DNA of 61,705 bases from an uncultured Bacteroidales bacterium (GTDB lineage: Bacteria; Bacteroidota; Bacteroidia; Bacteroidales; UBA932): the NCBI GenBank assembly GCA_946625485.1, contig CAMOTB010000001.1:1-61705 (forward strand). Direction: 5' to 3'. This document shows, one piece after another, positions 38,536 to 49,071 of the stretch. Below the pieces are notes generated by a model. It was not told the DNA's origin, ran no database searches, and saw only the letters and a list, made by a program, of their open reading frames with translations. A program made the translations under genes and the position numbers. The stretch's first letter is position 1; every line of letters begins with the position of its first letter.

Positions 38536-40866
38536 ATGAGTCCCTTGACCGTTCTTTTCCTGACCCTTGCCGTCCTGTTTCCGGGGCGGCGGGAGCATTA
38601 TGCCGATTATGTAGATACCAGCGTAGGCGTCGTCGACAAGGGGGCGTCGAACTGCGTGATCGGGCCGATGCTGCCGTACGGGAGCATCAATCCTTCGCCG
38701 CAGAGCCGCAAGGGCACTTCCGACGGGTACAAGCCGTCCGAGCCCATCCGCGGTTTCGGGCAACTGCATGTCAGCGGCACCGGCTGGCCCACCTACGGCA
38801 ACTTCCTGATCTCCCCGCAGACTGGGCTGGAGACGGATCTGCTGGCGCACGAGTCAGAGCACAAGGACCTGGTCACCAAGCCCTATCTCTTTGCCACGCA
38901 ACTGGAGCGCTACGGTATCAAGGTCGAGGTTTCCCCCGCCCACTACAGCGCCATGTACCGCTTCACTTTCCCGCAGGCGGAACAGTCTTCGATCGTATTT
39001 GACGCCATCCATTCCATCGCCGGCGACATCTTCCCCAAGGCGGCCAAGACCGTGATCAGTGGCGAATCCCGGATCGATCCGGAAACAGGAATCATCCGGA
39101 TGCGGGTCGAGATGATCGGCGGCTGGCCGGAGCAGCCCCACCAGCTCTGGTGCGTCGCTAAGACCGACAAACGCGACTGGACGGAATATGGTTCCTGGTC
39201 GGCCGAAGAATACGGTTCGAAGGAGCGCAAGGGCATCGCGACCGCCGGTCAGGCCAACCTGGACCTGCCCGTGCAAGACCGGGCTTTCAACTATGGCCGT
39301 TACCCCGGACAGGCGGAGATTGAAGCCATTCCGGGCTGCAACGACCACGTCGGTTCCTACTGCAGCTTTGCCACGGAAAAGGGCGAAACCGTCCTGCTCA
39401 AGCTTGCCGTTTCCTTCGTCAGCTACGAGCAGGCCGAGGCCCTGCTGGACGCCGAGATCCCCGGCTGGGATTTCGATCGCGTACGCGAGAACGCCTGCCG
39501 CGCCTGGGACCGAAAGCTCTCGACCGTACGCATCGACGCCCTCAGCGACGTCGACCGCACATTGTTCTATACCAACCTCTACCGCTTCTTCACCTTCGCC
39601 CACGAGCGCAGCCTCGACCGCCCCGGCGTCGCCGTGGACCGTTCCCTGGCCAAAAGGATCATCGATGACAAGCCCCTGCGCAAGGATGCTGCCGGAAGGG
39701 AGCTGAAGCCGTATTGGGACGACAACTATGCCTATTGGGACACCTTCCGCACCGTCTATCCCCTGCTGACCCTGATCGACGAGGACTGCTACCGCGACAA
39801 CATCCTCGCCCTGATCGAACGCTTTGAGACAAGGGGCGGGGTCTGGGACTCTTTCGTCGCCGGCACCGACCGCAAGTCGGACCAGGGCGGCAACAACGTG
39901 GACTGCCTGCTCGCCGACGGTTACGCAAAAGGCATCCGGGGCATCGACTGGGAACGGGCCTGGGCCATTGTCAAGCACGATGCCGACTCCCTGCGCCTGG
40001 GCCACGACCAGGACGGGGACGACGGCGCCCACCTGCGTTACAAGGAACTGGGCTGGATTCCGGCCTGCCTGATGAGTTCGTCGCAGACCCTCGAATTCGC
40101 CTACAACGACTGGTGTGCGGCACAGATGGCCCGGGGCCTGGGACACGACGAGGATGCCGACCGGTACCTGGCGCGCAGCGGCGGCTGGATCCACCTGTGG
40201 AATCCGGATCTCGAGAGCCACGGCTACAAGGGTTTCATCGACGCCCGACGCGCCGACAGCAGTTTCGTCTTTCTCGATCCCGCGAAATGGAACGGATCCT
40301 GGGTCTCCCCCTTCTACGAGGGCAAGACCTGGACCTACAGTTATTATGTCCCGCACGACATGCCCCGCCTGATCGGGCTGATGGGCGGCCCCGAAGCCTT
40401 TGTGGAACGCCTCAACTACGGATACAGCCACAAACTCACGGAATACGACAACGAGCCGGGCTTCCTGACCCTGCGTGCCTTCACCGAGGCCGGACGGCCC
40501 GAACTGTCTTCCTGGTGGGCCCATCACCTGATGAACAAAAAGTTCACCCTCAGAGGCTATCCCGACAACGAAGACACCGGCTCGATGGGCTCCTGGTACG
40601 CTTTCTGCGCACTGGGTCTCTTCCCCAACGCCGGTCAGGACTTCTATTACCTCAACGCGCCCAAATACCGGAAAGCCGTCATCCGGCTCCCGCGCGGGCG
40701 CCGGCTCATCATCCTGGCCGATGCCGCACCGGAAAAGGTCTGCATCCGCTCCTGCACCTTCCGGGGACGGCCTGTCGAAGGTGCGCGGATCACGCACCGG
40801 GACCTGCTGCGCGGAGGAAAACTGAAGATGACGCTCGACACGCTTGATTTTCAACCCTTTGAATAA
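38536..40866 (+). CDS. Glycoside hydrolase family 92 (alpha-mannosidase-like)
   Basis: GFGQLHVSGTG, YWDTFRT, SQTLEFAYND, FYEG and NEDTGSMGSWY. Confidence 0.9.
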   Translation: MSPLTVLFLTLAVLFPGRREHYADYVDTSVGVVDKGASNCVIGPMLPYGSINPSPQSRKGTSDGYKPSEPIRGFGQLHVSGTGWPTYGNFLISPQTGLETDLLAHESEHKDLVTKPYLFATQLERYGIKVEVSPAHYSAMYRFTFPQAEQSSIVFDAIHSIAGDIFPKAAKTVISGESRIDPETGIIRMRVEMIGGWPEQPHQLWCVAKTDKRDWTEYGSWSAEEYGSKERKGIATAGQANLDLPVQDRAFNYGRYPGQAEIEAIPGCNDHVGSYCSFATEKGETVLLKLAVSFVSYEQAEALLDAEIPGWDFDRVRENACRAWDRKLSTVRIDALSDVDRTLFYTNLYRFFTFAHERSLDRPGVAVDRSLAKRIIDDKPLRKDAAGRELKPYWDDNYAYWDTFRTVYPLLTLIDEDCYRDNILALIERFETRGGVWDSFVAGTDRKSDQGGNNVDCLLADGYAKGIRGIDWERAWAIVKHDADSLRLGHDQDGDDGAHLRYKELGWIPACLMSSSQTLEFAYNDWCAAQMARGLGHDEDADRYLARSGGWIHLWNPDLESHGYKGFIDARRADSSFVFLDPAKWNGSWVSPFYEGKTWTYSYYVPHDMPRLIGLMGGPEAFVERLNYGYSHKLTEYDNEPGFLTLRAFTEAGRPELSSWWAHHLMNKKFTLRGYPDNEDTGSMGSWYAFCALGLFPNAGQDFYYLNAPKYRKAVIRLPRGRRLIILADAAPEKVCIRSCTFRGRPVEGARITHRDLLRGGKLKMTLDTLDFQPFE

Positions 40867-40867
40867 T

Positions 40868-41518
40868 ATGGATCCTTACCGACATCTCGATACGCTGATC
40901 ACCCGCGTCCCGGCCCTGGCCGGTGCGCGCCAGGAGATTGCGGCCGCTTATGAAACGCTCGCCGCATCGTTCCAGGCCGGCGGAAAACTGCTCATTGCCG
41001 GCAACGGCGGCTCGGCCGCGGACGCCGGTCACATCGTCGGCGAACTGATGAAGTCTTTCATCCTGCCCAGGCCGATGCCGGAAGCTTTCCGCCAGGCAGC
41101 CGAAACGGAAGACCCGCTGCTGGGGCGTCTCCTCGGCGAACGCTTGCAGCAAGGCCTCCCGGCCCTCGCACTCAGCGCACACTCCGCCCTCGGGACCGCC
41201 TGGATCAACGACTGCGATCCCGACCTGGTCTATGCCCAGCAGGTGGCCGGCTATGGGCGCAAAGGGGATGTCCTGCTCGGAATCACGACTTCCGGGAACA
41301 GCGCCAACATCCTGTACGCGGCCGTCGCCGCCCGTGCCAAGGGGCTCAAAGTCATCGGGCTGACCGGAGCCTCAGGAGGACGCCTGGCCGGAAAGGCAGA
41401 TGTCTGCATCCGGGTCCCCGAAACCGAGACCTACAAGGTACAGGAATTGCATCTGCCAGTCTATCACTGCCTGTGCATGATGTTGGAAGCAAGATTTTTC
41501 GCCAAGGATGAAGTTTAA
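40868..41518 (+). CDS. SIS-domain sugar-phosphate isomerase (GmhA-like)
   Basis: [18 protein letters not shown] and QELH..YH. Confidence 0.85.
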   Translation: MDPYRHLDTLITRVPALAGARQEIAAAYETLAASFQAGGKLLIAGNGGSAADAGHIVGELMKSFILPRPMPEAFRQAAETEDPLLGRLLGERLQQGLPALALSAHSALGTAWINDCDPDLVYAQQVAGYGRKGDVLLGITTSGNSANILYAAVAARAKGLKVIGLTGASGGRLAGKADVCIRVPETETYKVQELHLPVYHCLCMMLEARFFAKDEV

Positions 41519-43691
41519 GATCGAATCCTCCTACCAGCCCTCCGGCGACCAGCCTGAGGCGATTGAACAGCTATGCCGCGCCCTGGACCAGGGCGTGGGC
41601 GACATCACCCTGCTCGGAGTCACCGGCTCCGGCAAGACCTTCACGATGGCCAACGTCATCGAGCGTCTCCAGCGTCCCGCGCTCATCCTGAGCCACAACA
41701 AGACCCTGGCGGCCCAGCTCTACGGCGAGTTCAAGTCCTTCTTTCCCAACAATGCCGTCGAGTATTTCGTTTCCTATTACGACTACTACCAGCCGGAGGC
41801 CTACATCCCCTCGAGCGACACCTATATCGAAAAAGACCTGAGCATCAACGACCAGGTCGAAAAACTGCGCCTGAGCGCCGCCAGTGCCCTGATGAGCGGC
41901 CGGCGGGACGTCATCGTCGTCTCTTCGGTCTCCTGCCTCTACGGCATCGGCAACCCGGAAGACTTCCACGCCCAGACCACCACCGTGCGCCGGGGCGAAA
42001 GGCGCAGCCTGACGGGCCTGCTGTACCAGCTGGTGGACGCCCTCTATTCCCGGACGGAAACGGAATTCACCCGCGGGACCTTCCGGGTCCGGGGCGACAC
42101 GGTAGATGTGTACCTGAGCGGTGCGGACGATGCCATCCGCATCGAATTCTTCGGCGACGAGGTCGATGAGATCAGCGTGATCGACCCGGTAACGGGCGCC
42201 CGCATCGAATCCGTGGACGAGATCAACATCTACCCCGCCCGCAACTTCGTCACGACCAAGGAGCGCGGCATCCAGGCCGTCAGCCACATCCAGGATGACC
42301 TGGTCAAGCAGCTGGATTACTTCGAGAGCATCGGCAAGTCGCTGGAAGCCAAGCGTCTCAAACAACGGGTCGAATACGATCTGGAAATGATCAAGGAGAT
42401 GGGCTACTGCCCCGGGATCGAGAACTATTCGCGCTACTTCGACGGACGCAAGCCCGGCCAGCGCCCCTTCTGCCTGATCGACTATTTCCCCAAGGACTTC
42501 ATCACCTTCATCGACGAGAGCCACGTCACCCTGCCGCAGGTCCACGCCATGTACGGCGGCGACCACAGCCGCAAGTCGGTACTGGTCGAGTATGGATTCC
42601 GGCTCCCGGCAGCTTCCGACAACCGGCCTTTGACCTTCGAAGAGTTCGAGGCCATCACGGGGCAGAAAGTCTATGTCAGCGCCACCCCTTCCGACTACGA
42701 ACTGGAAAAATCCGAAGGTCTGGTCGTCGAGCAGGTGGTGCGGCCCACCGGCCTGCTGGATCCTCCGATCGAGGTACGGCCGATCGAACATCAGGTGGAT
42801 GACCTGGTCGAGGAGATCCGGACCCGTGCCGAACGGGACGAACGGACCCTGGTCACGACCCTGACCAAACGAATGGCCGAGGAATTGGACGAATACCTGG
42901 CCAAGATCGGCATCCGCTGCCGCTACATCCACTCCGACGTGGACACTTCCGAGCGGGTGGAAATCATCGAAGACTTCAAGAACGGCCTCTTCGACGTACT
43001 GATCGGCGTCAACCTGCTCCGCGAGGGACTCGATATTCCGACCGTGTCGCTCGTCGCGATCCTGGACGCCGACAAGGAAGGGTTCCTGCGGACCACCAAG
43101 GCCCTGACCCAGACGGCCGGACGCGCCGCCCGCAACGTCAACGGCCTCGTCATCATGTATGCCGACCAGATCACCCAGTCCATGGAAGCGACCATCCGGG
43201 AGACCAACCGCCGCCGGTCCAAGCAGATGGCATACAACAAGTTGCACGGCATCACCCCGACCCAGGTCGAAGTGCGGAGCAACATCCTGGCCCTCGAAAT
43301 GGCCGATCCGTCCCGCGGGCGGCAGGTCAACCCCGTGCTGGCCAACTCCCCCAGCGGACGCGTCAGCGCCGCCAATTCCGTGGACGCTCCGACCTATGTC
43401 CCGAGCCCGAGCGAACTGGGCCGCGGCAGCGTCGTCGTCGGGTTCGGCCACGATGCCAGGCGGGAAGGCAACAGCGCCTACGTGGACGGCTATATCACGG
43501 CCGACCTCGCCGCCGTCCTGCAGGATCCCGTCATCCGCTCGATGGACCGCAAGCAAGTCGAAAAGATGGTGGAAGAATCCAAGCGCAAGATGAAGGCCGC
43601 CGCCGCAGAGCTTGACTTCACGGCTGCCGCCAAATACCGCGACGAGATGTGGGCCCTGCAACAATATCTCAAAGTCTGGAAAGACGCTTGA
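41508..43691 (+). CDS. uvrB: Excinuclease ABC subunit B
   Basis: [23 protein letters not shown] and NLLREGLD; C-terminal UVR domain. Confidence 0.97.
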   Translation: MKFKIESSYQPSGDQPEAIEQLCRALDQGVGDITLLGVTGSGKTFTMANVIERLQRPALILSHNKTLAAQLYGEFKSFFPNNAVEYFVSYYDYYQPEAYIPSSDTYIEKDLSINDQVEKLRLSAASALMSGRRDVIVVSSVSCLYGIGNPEDFHAQTTTVRRGERRSLTGLLYQLVDALYSRTETEFTRGTFRVRGDTVDVYLSGADDAIRIEFFGDEVDEISVIDPVTGARIESVDEINIYPARNFVTTKERGIQAVSHIQDDLVKQLDYFESIGKSLEAKRLKQRVEYDLEMIKEMGYCPGIENYSRYFDGRKPGQRPFCLIDYFPKDFITFIDESHVTLPQVHAMYGGDHSRKSVLVEYGFRLPAASDNRPLTFEEFEAITGQKVYVSATPSDYELEKSEGLVVEQVVRPTGLLDPPIEVRPIEHQVDDLVEEIRTRAERDERTLVTTLTKRMAEELDEYLAKIGIRCRYIHSDVDTSERVEIIEDFKNGLFDVLIGVNLLREGLDIPTVSLVAILDADKEGFLRTTKALTQTAGRAARNVNGLVIMYADQITQSMEATIRETNRRRSKQMAYNKLHGITPTQVEVRSNILALEMADPSRGRQVNPVLANSPSGRVSAANSVDAPTYVPSPSELGRGSVVVGFGHDARREGNSAYVDGYITADLAAVLQDPVIRSMDRKQVEKMVEESKRKMKAAAAELDFTAAAKYRDEMWALQQYLKVWKDA

Positions 43692-43724
43692 CGATAGTTT
43701 CCGCTTTTTTGTTAAATTCGCAGT

Positions 43725-44936
43725 ATGATGGTATCCTTTGCGCACCGGCTCAAGCCGCTACTCTTGACTTTCGCTGTCCTCGCGGCAGCCATCCTGCTTC
43801 GTGCCGACATCTCGCCCCAGCAGCGCTACGTCAACCGTTATGCGGCCCTTGCCGTGACGGAGATGTACCGCAGCGGCGTGCCCGCCAGCATTACCCTTTC
43901 CCAGGGACTGCTCGAGTCGCGCTACGGGCTTTCGGCCCTGGCCGCGGAAGGACACAATCATTTCGGGATCAAATGCCACAACGACTGGAAGGGCAAGACG
44001 ATGGCGGTCGATGATGATGCCAAAGGCGAATGTTTCCGCGTTTATGATGCCGACATCGACTCTTTCCACGACCACTCTGACTTCCTGCGCTACCGGGACC
44101 GCTACAAGTTCCTCTTTGACTTTGAGATCACGGACTACAAGGCCTGGGCGAACGGACTCAAGAAAGCCGGTTACGCCACGGATCCGGCCTATCCGGCCAA
44201 GCTGATCAAGCTGATCGAGGACTACGACCTGAGCCGTTTCGACAAGGCCAAGCCTTCCGACTTCGAAGCCGGCGGCCGATACGCCGACCTCGGCGCACAA
44301 GCTCCTGCCGCAAGCTCGGGACAAACTGCGAAGCCGGCACAGGACAAGCCCCTGGACGACAGAGCCCTGTTCCCCGGACAGCCCAAGAGCGAGACGGCTC
44401 CTGCGCACAAGGAAACCCGTGCAGAAAGGAAAGCCCGGATCAGGGCCGAAAGACAGGCCCGGGCAGCGGCCCGGCGGCACGCTGCGGATCCGGCTCCCGC
44501 AGCTGAGCAGTTGCCCGAGTCTCCCAACGCCCTGGAAGAAGTGCAACAGGCCGATGAGAAAGAACTCCGGGAAGAATTCCATTTCCAGATGGGACGGCCC
44601 GTGTACAAGCAGAACGGCGTGCCCTTCATTTATTCCATGGAAGGAGAGAGCTACAAAGAGCTTGCAGAAGAGAACAACATCATCTATCGGCAGATCCTCC
44701 GCTACAACGACCTGGCTGCAGACCAGCGCCTGCTCCCGGGCACCCGGGTCTATCTGCAGGCCAAGAAGAACCAGACCCGCAAGGGACTGGACAAATACAT
44801 CGTGGAGACGGATGGCGAATCCCTGCGTGAAATCTGCCAGCGATTTGGCGTGAAAGTCTCTTCCATTCAGAAAATCAACGGTTTCAGCGCTGCGCATACC
44901 CTGCGCGAAGGCGATACGATCCTACTTAGAAAATAA
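43725..44936 (+). CDS. GH73 glucosaminidase with LysM domain(s)
   Basis: ASITLSQGLLES, NHFGIKCH and AGYATDPAY; LysM-like C-terminus. Confidence 0.88.
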   Translation: MMVSFAHRLKPLLLTFAVLAAAILLRADISPQQRYVNRYAALAVTEMYRSGVPASITLSQGLLESRYGLSALAAEGHNHFGIKCHNDWKGKTMAVDDDAKGECFRVYDADIDSFHDHSDFLRYRDRYKFLFDFEITDYKAWANGLKKAGYATDPAYPAKLIKLIEDYDLSRFDKAKPSDFEAGGRYADLGAQAPAASSGQTAKPAQDKPLDDRALFPGQPKSETAPAHKETRAERKARIRAERQARAAARRHAADPAPAAEQLPESPNALEEVQQADEKELREEFHFQMGRPVYKQNGVPFIYSMEGESYKELAEENNIIYRQILRYNDLAADQRLLPGTRVYLQAKKNQTRKGLDKYIVETDGESLREICQRFGVKVSSIQKINGFSAAHTLREGDTILLRK

Positions 44937-46033
44937 TGGCGACAGAACACACCCATAAAGCGAAGAAAGCGCCCCGCAAAAAGGGCGGACAAAAGATCGA
45001 CAAGAGGCTGCTGATCGGCGGACTCATAGCGGCCGTCATCCTGCTGGCCTTGTTTGCCAAGGTCTGGAACTGGCTCAGCGACAACCGTTTGCCGAACTTC
45101 CGGAAGGAGGCCGTTGTCTTTGTCCGGCCCGACACGGGCGTGGATGAAGTCTATGCGACCCTGATCAATGAGGCGGGTGTCAAGCGCCCGTACAGCCTGG
45201 ACCGCGCTTTCAAAGCCAAGAAAGTCGCCGAAAACCTGCAGCCCGGACGCTACCTGATCAAGCCCGGCTATACCAGCGTCTATGTGGCCCGGATGCTCAA
45301 CAACGCCTGGCAGACGCCCGCCCGCCTTACCCTGTCCGGCACCCTGCGCAAGAAGTCCGATCTCGCCACCAAGATCAGCCGCCAGCTGATGATCGACTCC
45401 GCGGATGTCATCAAGGCCCTGAACGACAAGGCGATGCTCTCCGCATACGGCTTTACGCCCCGCAACGTCTTCTCGCTCTTCATCCCCGACACCTACGAGA
45501 TGTACTGGACCTCTACGATGAAGGACGTGCTGGACAAGCAGAAAGAGGCCTATGACGCTTTCTGGACGGCCGACCGGACCGCCAAGGCGAAAGCCCAGGG
45601 TCTCAGCCGGGAAGAAGCGTCGATCCTGGCTTCAATCGTCAAGGGCGAAACCAACTACGAACCCGAGATGCCCAAGATCGCAGGCGTCTATCTCAACCGC
45701 CTGCACAAAGGCATGAAACTCCAGGCCGATCCGACCGTGGCGTACCTGCTGGATTACGAAGTCAACCGTATCCTGCTGAAGCATCTTCAGATCGAGTCAC
45801 CCTACAACACTTACAAATACGCCGGCCTGCCTCCGGGACCGATTGCCGTCCCCACCAAGGCCTGCCTTGAAGCAGTCCTCAACCCCGAAGGGGACTACCT
45901 GTATTTCTGCGCCAGTTCCTCTTTCGACGGCACGCACAAGTTTGCCAAGGACCTTTCCGGACACATGAAAAATGCCCGTGCCTTCCAATCCGAACTCAAC
46001 AAGCGCAACGCTGAAAAGAAAAAACAAAAATAA
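44936..46033 (+). CDS. mltG: Endolytic transglycosylase
   Basis: N-terminal TM helix; LASIVKGET, LQADPT, SPYNTY and GLPPGPI. Confidence 0.93.
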   Translation: MATEHTHKAKKAPRKKGGQKIDKRLLIGGLIAAVILLALFAKVWNWLSDNRLPNFRKEAVVFVRPDTGVDEVYATLINEAGVKRPYSLDRAFKAKKVAENLQPGRYLIKPGYTSVYVARMLNNAWQTPARLTLSGTLRKKSDLATKISRQLMIDSADVIKALNDKAMLSAYGFTPRNVFSLFIPDTYEMYWTSTMKDVLDKQKEAYDAFWTADRTAKAKAQGLSREEASILASIVKGETNYEPEMPKIAGVYLNRLHKGMKLQADPTVAYLLDYEVNRILLKHLQIESPYNTYKYAGLPPGPIAVPTKACLEAVLNPEGDYLYFCASSSFDGTHKFAKDLSGHMKNARAFQSELNKRNAEKKKQK

Positions 46034-46039
46034 AACAAG

Positions 46040-47893
46040 GTGGAGTACAGTGCCGATATCGTCCAGCGCGCCCGCGCCATCGCCTACCAGGCCCTCCGGG
46101 AGGACCTGCGCAGCAACGGGCATCCCTTCATCGAGCATGCCGACGGCGTAGCCCGCATCGTCTCCGACGAGATCGGACTGGGTGTCGAGTGTCTCGCGGC
46201 CGTCTATCTCCACGAAGCGACCCGTTTCCACCGCGACGTGGACATCTCCGGCTTCCCGGAGGAAATCCTGACGATGGTCAAGGGGCTCAACAACATCGCC
46301 ACCATCCGTCCCAAGGATACCCGGCTCGAAGCGGAAAACTACAAGAAACTCATCGTCCAGTACTCCACGGATCCGCGGGTGACCGTGCTCAAGATCGCGG
46401 ACCGGCTGGAGGTGATGCGCAACCTGTACATGTTCCCCAAGGCCTCCCGGGACCAGAAAATCCTCGAGACCCTGATGCTGTACATCCCGCTGGCCCACCA
46501 GCTCGGCCTGTACAACATCAAGAGCGAGATGGAGGACATCTACTTCCGTTTCGCCGAGCCGGAGCAATACCGTTCCATCACCCGCAAGCTCAAGGCGACG
46601 GAGAAGGACCGCGTGCGGTTGATGAACGAATTCATCAAGCCCCTGGAGGACGACCTGTCCGAAGCCGGCATCCGCTACAAGCTGAAAATGCGGACCAAGA
46701 CCGCCTACTCGATCTACCGCAAGATGCTGAAGCAGGATGTGCCCTTCGAAGGAGTCTATGACGTATTCGCCATCCGTTTCATCATCGACTGCGAAGCGGA
46801 CCGCAAGACAGAGCAGGACCTCTGCTGGAAGGTATATTCCTATGTCACCAAGGAGTACGAACCCGACACGAAGCGCCTGCGCGACTGGGTGACCAATCCC
46901 AAGCCCAACGGCTACGAATCCCTCCATATCACCGTCAAGAATGCCCAGGGAGCCTATCTGGAAGTGCAGATCCGCACCCGGCGGATGGACGATATCGCGG
47001 AGAACGGACTTGCCTCCCACTGGTCCTACAAGGGGATCAAGAAAGACGACACCCTGGACAAGTGGCTGACTTCCGTCCGTTACCGCCTGGAACATCCTTT
47101 CGACGCCAAGGCGGAAGATCTGCCCGTGCCTCCCTCCAAGGAGATCTTCGTCTTTACCCCGACAGGGGAACTGAAGATGCTTCCGGTCGGGTCCTCGGTG
47201 CTGGATTTCGCTTTCTGCATCCATACCGGCCTGGGCTGTCGCTGCACCGGCGGGCGCATCAACGGCAAGGTCGCCTCCATCAAGGAGACCCTCAAGACCG
47301 GCGATGTCGTCGAGATCCTCAGCAGCAAGAACCAGAAGCCCAATGCCGACTGGCTCAACTGGGTCGTCTCCCACAAGGCCCGGACCAAGATCAAGCTGGA
47401 GTTGGATGCCGAGGTGCGCAAGCGGGCTGCCGAAGGGCGCGAATTGCTCGAGCGCAGGCTGAAAAACTGGAAGATGACCCTTCCGGACGCGCTCCTGCAC
47501 GACATCATGCACTACCTCAAGTACTCGTCCGTGATTTCCTTCATGGCGGCGGTCGGCGACGGTACGATCGGCGTGGACGAGATCAAGAGTTATATCCTCA
47601 ACCCGGGCCAGCTGGTGATCCGGACGGAACGGGAGGAGGACAAGAAAGACGTCACGAAGGACTGGAAGTCCCCGGACGAGATCCTGGTCATCAACGCCAA
47701 GGGCGTCAAGGGCCTGGAGTACAAAATGGCCGCCTGCTGCAACCCCCGCTACGGCGACAAGGTCTTCGGTTTCGTAACCCGTACCGACGGGATCAAGATC
47801 CATCGGGAAGACTGTCCCAATGCCGCAACCCTCAAGGAGCGTTTCCCCTATCGGGTACAGCGTGTCGTGTGGCAGGAGAAAGAAGGGAAATAA
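46040..47893 (+). CDS. Long RelA/SpoT homologue with degenerate HD, intact synthetase and TGS, no ACT domain
   Basis: GTG start; YLHEAT in place of HDxxED; RTKTAYSIYRK, DVFAIR, GYESLH and EVQIRT. Confidence 0.88.
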   Translation: MEYSADIVQRARAIAYQALREDLRSNGHPFIEHADGVARIVSDEIGLGVECLAAVYLHEATRFHRDVDISGFPEEILTMVKGLNNIATIRPKDTRLEAENYKKLIVQYSTDPRVTVLKIADRLEVMRNLYMFPKASRDQKILETLMLYIPLAHQLGLYNIKSEMEDIYFRFAEPEQYRSITRKLKATEKDRVRLMNEFIKPLEDDLSEAGIRYKLKMRTKTAYSIYRKMLKQDVPFEGVYDVFAIRFIIDCEADRKTEQDLCWKVYSYVTKEYEPDTKRLRDWVTNPKPNGYESLHITVKNAQGAYLEVQIRTRRMDDIAENGLASHWSYKGIKKDDTLDKWLTSVRYRLEHPFDAKAEDLPVPPSKEIFVFTPTGELKMLPVGSSVLDFAFCIHTGLGCRCTGGRINGKVASIKETLKTGDVVEILSSKNQKPNADWLNWVVSHKARTKIKLELDAEVRKRAAEGRELLERRLKNWKMTLPDALLHDIMHYLKYSSVISFMAAVGDGTIGVDEIKSYILNPGQLVIRTEREEDKKDVTKDWKSPDEILVINAKGVKGLEYKMAACCNPRYGDKVFGFVTRTDGIKIHREDCPNAATLKERFPYRVQRVVWQEKEGK

Positions 47894-47912
47894 TTGTTTT
47901 AACCCCATAATT

Positions 47913-49070
47913 ATGAACAAGAAAACTGCAATTCTACCCGTCCTCTTCGCCTTCGTGGTGATGGGATTCGGCGATGTGGCCGGCATCGTGACCAGCCACG
48001 TCCAAGAGGACTTCCAGCTGAGCGAGACGCTCGCCGGACTGATTCCGATGGCCATCTTTGTCTGGTTCCTGTTCCTGAGCGCCCCGACGGCCCTCATCAT
48101 GAACAAGATCGGCCGCAAAGCCACGGTCCAACTGAGCAACGTCATCACTTTCCTGGGCATGCTGATTCCCCTGTTCAGCTATAACCTGACGAGCTGCCTG
48201 ATCGCCTGTGCCATGCTCGGCATCGGCAACACCATCATCCAGGTGGCTCTCAATCCCCTGCTCTCCGACGTGGTCAGCGGCAAGGGGTCCCTGTCCAGCT
48301 ACATTTCCGCCGGCCAGGTGCTGAAGGCGCTCTCCGCCTGTGCCGCCCCGTACCTGGCGCTGGGCTGTGCGGCCTGGTTCGGCTCCTGGAAATATATGTT
48401 CCCCGCCTTCGCCATCGTGACCCTGCTCTCTTCCGCCTGGCTGCTCTTCACCAAGATCGAAGAGACCCCGGCCGAGGGCGGCACCTCCCTGGGCGAAATG
48501 CTTAAGCTCCTGGGGGACAATTACATCCTCTGCTGCTTCTTCGGCATCTTCACCGTCGTGGGCCTGGATGTCGGCTGCAACGTCATCACGCCCAAGCTCC
48601 TGATCGAGCGCTGCGGCCTGGACACCGACCACGCCCAGCTCGGCATCACGGTCTATTTCATCTGCAAGACCGCCGGCGCTTTTGCAGGCGCCTTCCTGCT
48701 CAGCAAGATGGCCGACCGCAAGTTCTTCCAGATTGCCATCGTCATCGTCGCAGCTGCCCTGGCAGCGCTCTTCTTTGCGCAGGGCCGGGGGCTGATCCTG
48801 ACGCTCGTGGGCGCGATCGGCTTCTTCAGCGCCAGCGTATTCTCCGTCATCATTTCCCTGGGCATCAACCACTTGCCGGCCAAGGCCAACGAGATCTCCG
48901 GCCTGATGGTCATGGGCATCGTCGGTGGCGGTATCGTATCGTTGCTGATGGGCCTGACAGCTGACAAGATGGGATCGCAGATCGGTTCGCTGGCCGTGAT
49001 CGCGGTCTGCGTCGCCTACCTGGCCCTCTGCGCCTTCGTGCTGCTGCGTCCTAAAAAAGCGGAGGCATAA
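47913..49070 (+). CDS. MFS sugar transporter (FucP/GluP-like)
   Basis: About 12 TM helices; IQVALNPL and ISGLMVMGIVGG. Confidence 0.85.
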   Translation: MNKKTAILPVLFAFVVMGFGDVAGIVTSHVQEDFQLSETLAGLIPMAIFVWFLFLSAPTALIMNKIGRKATVQLSNVITFLGMLIPLFSYNLTSCLIACAMLGIGNTIIQVALNPLLSDVVSGKGSLSSYISAGQVLKALSACAAPYLALGCAAWFGSWKYMFPAFAIVTLLSSAWLLFTKIEETPAEGGTSLGEMLKLLGDNYILCCFFGIFTVVGLDVGCNVITPKLLIERCGLDTDHAQLGITVYFICKTAGAFAGAFLLSKMADRKFFQIAIVIVAAALAALFFAQGRGLILTLVGAIGFFSASVFSVIISLGINHLPAKANEISGLMVMGIVGGGIVSLLMGLTADKMGSQIGSLAVIAVCVAYLALCAFVLLRPKKAEA

Positions 49071-49071
49071 G

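Noticed and set aside
41571-48160. Long antisense ORFs (41571-43745, 45797-48160; likewise 36612-38537, 38854-40854, 51175-52803)
   Set aside because: They mirror well-supported genes on the other strand, have no recognisable motifs and are expected from strong GC3 codon bias.
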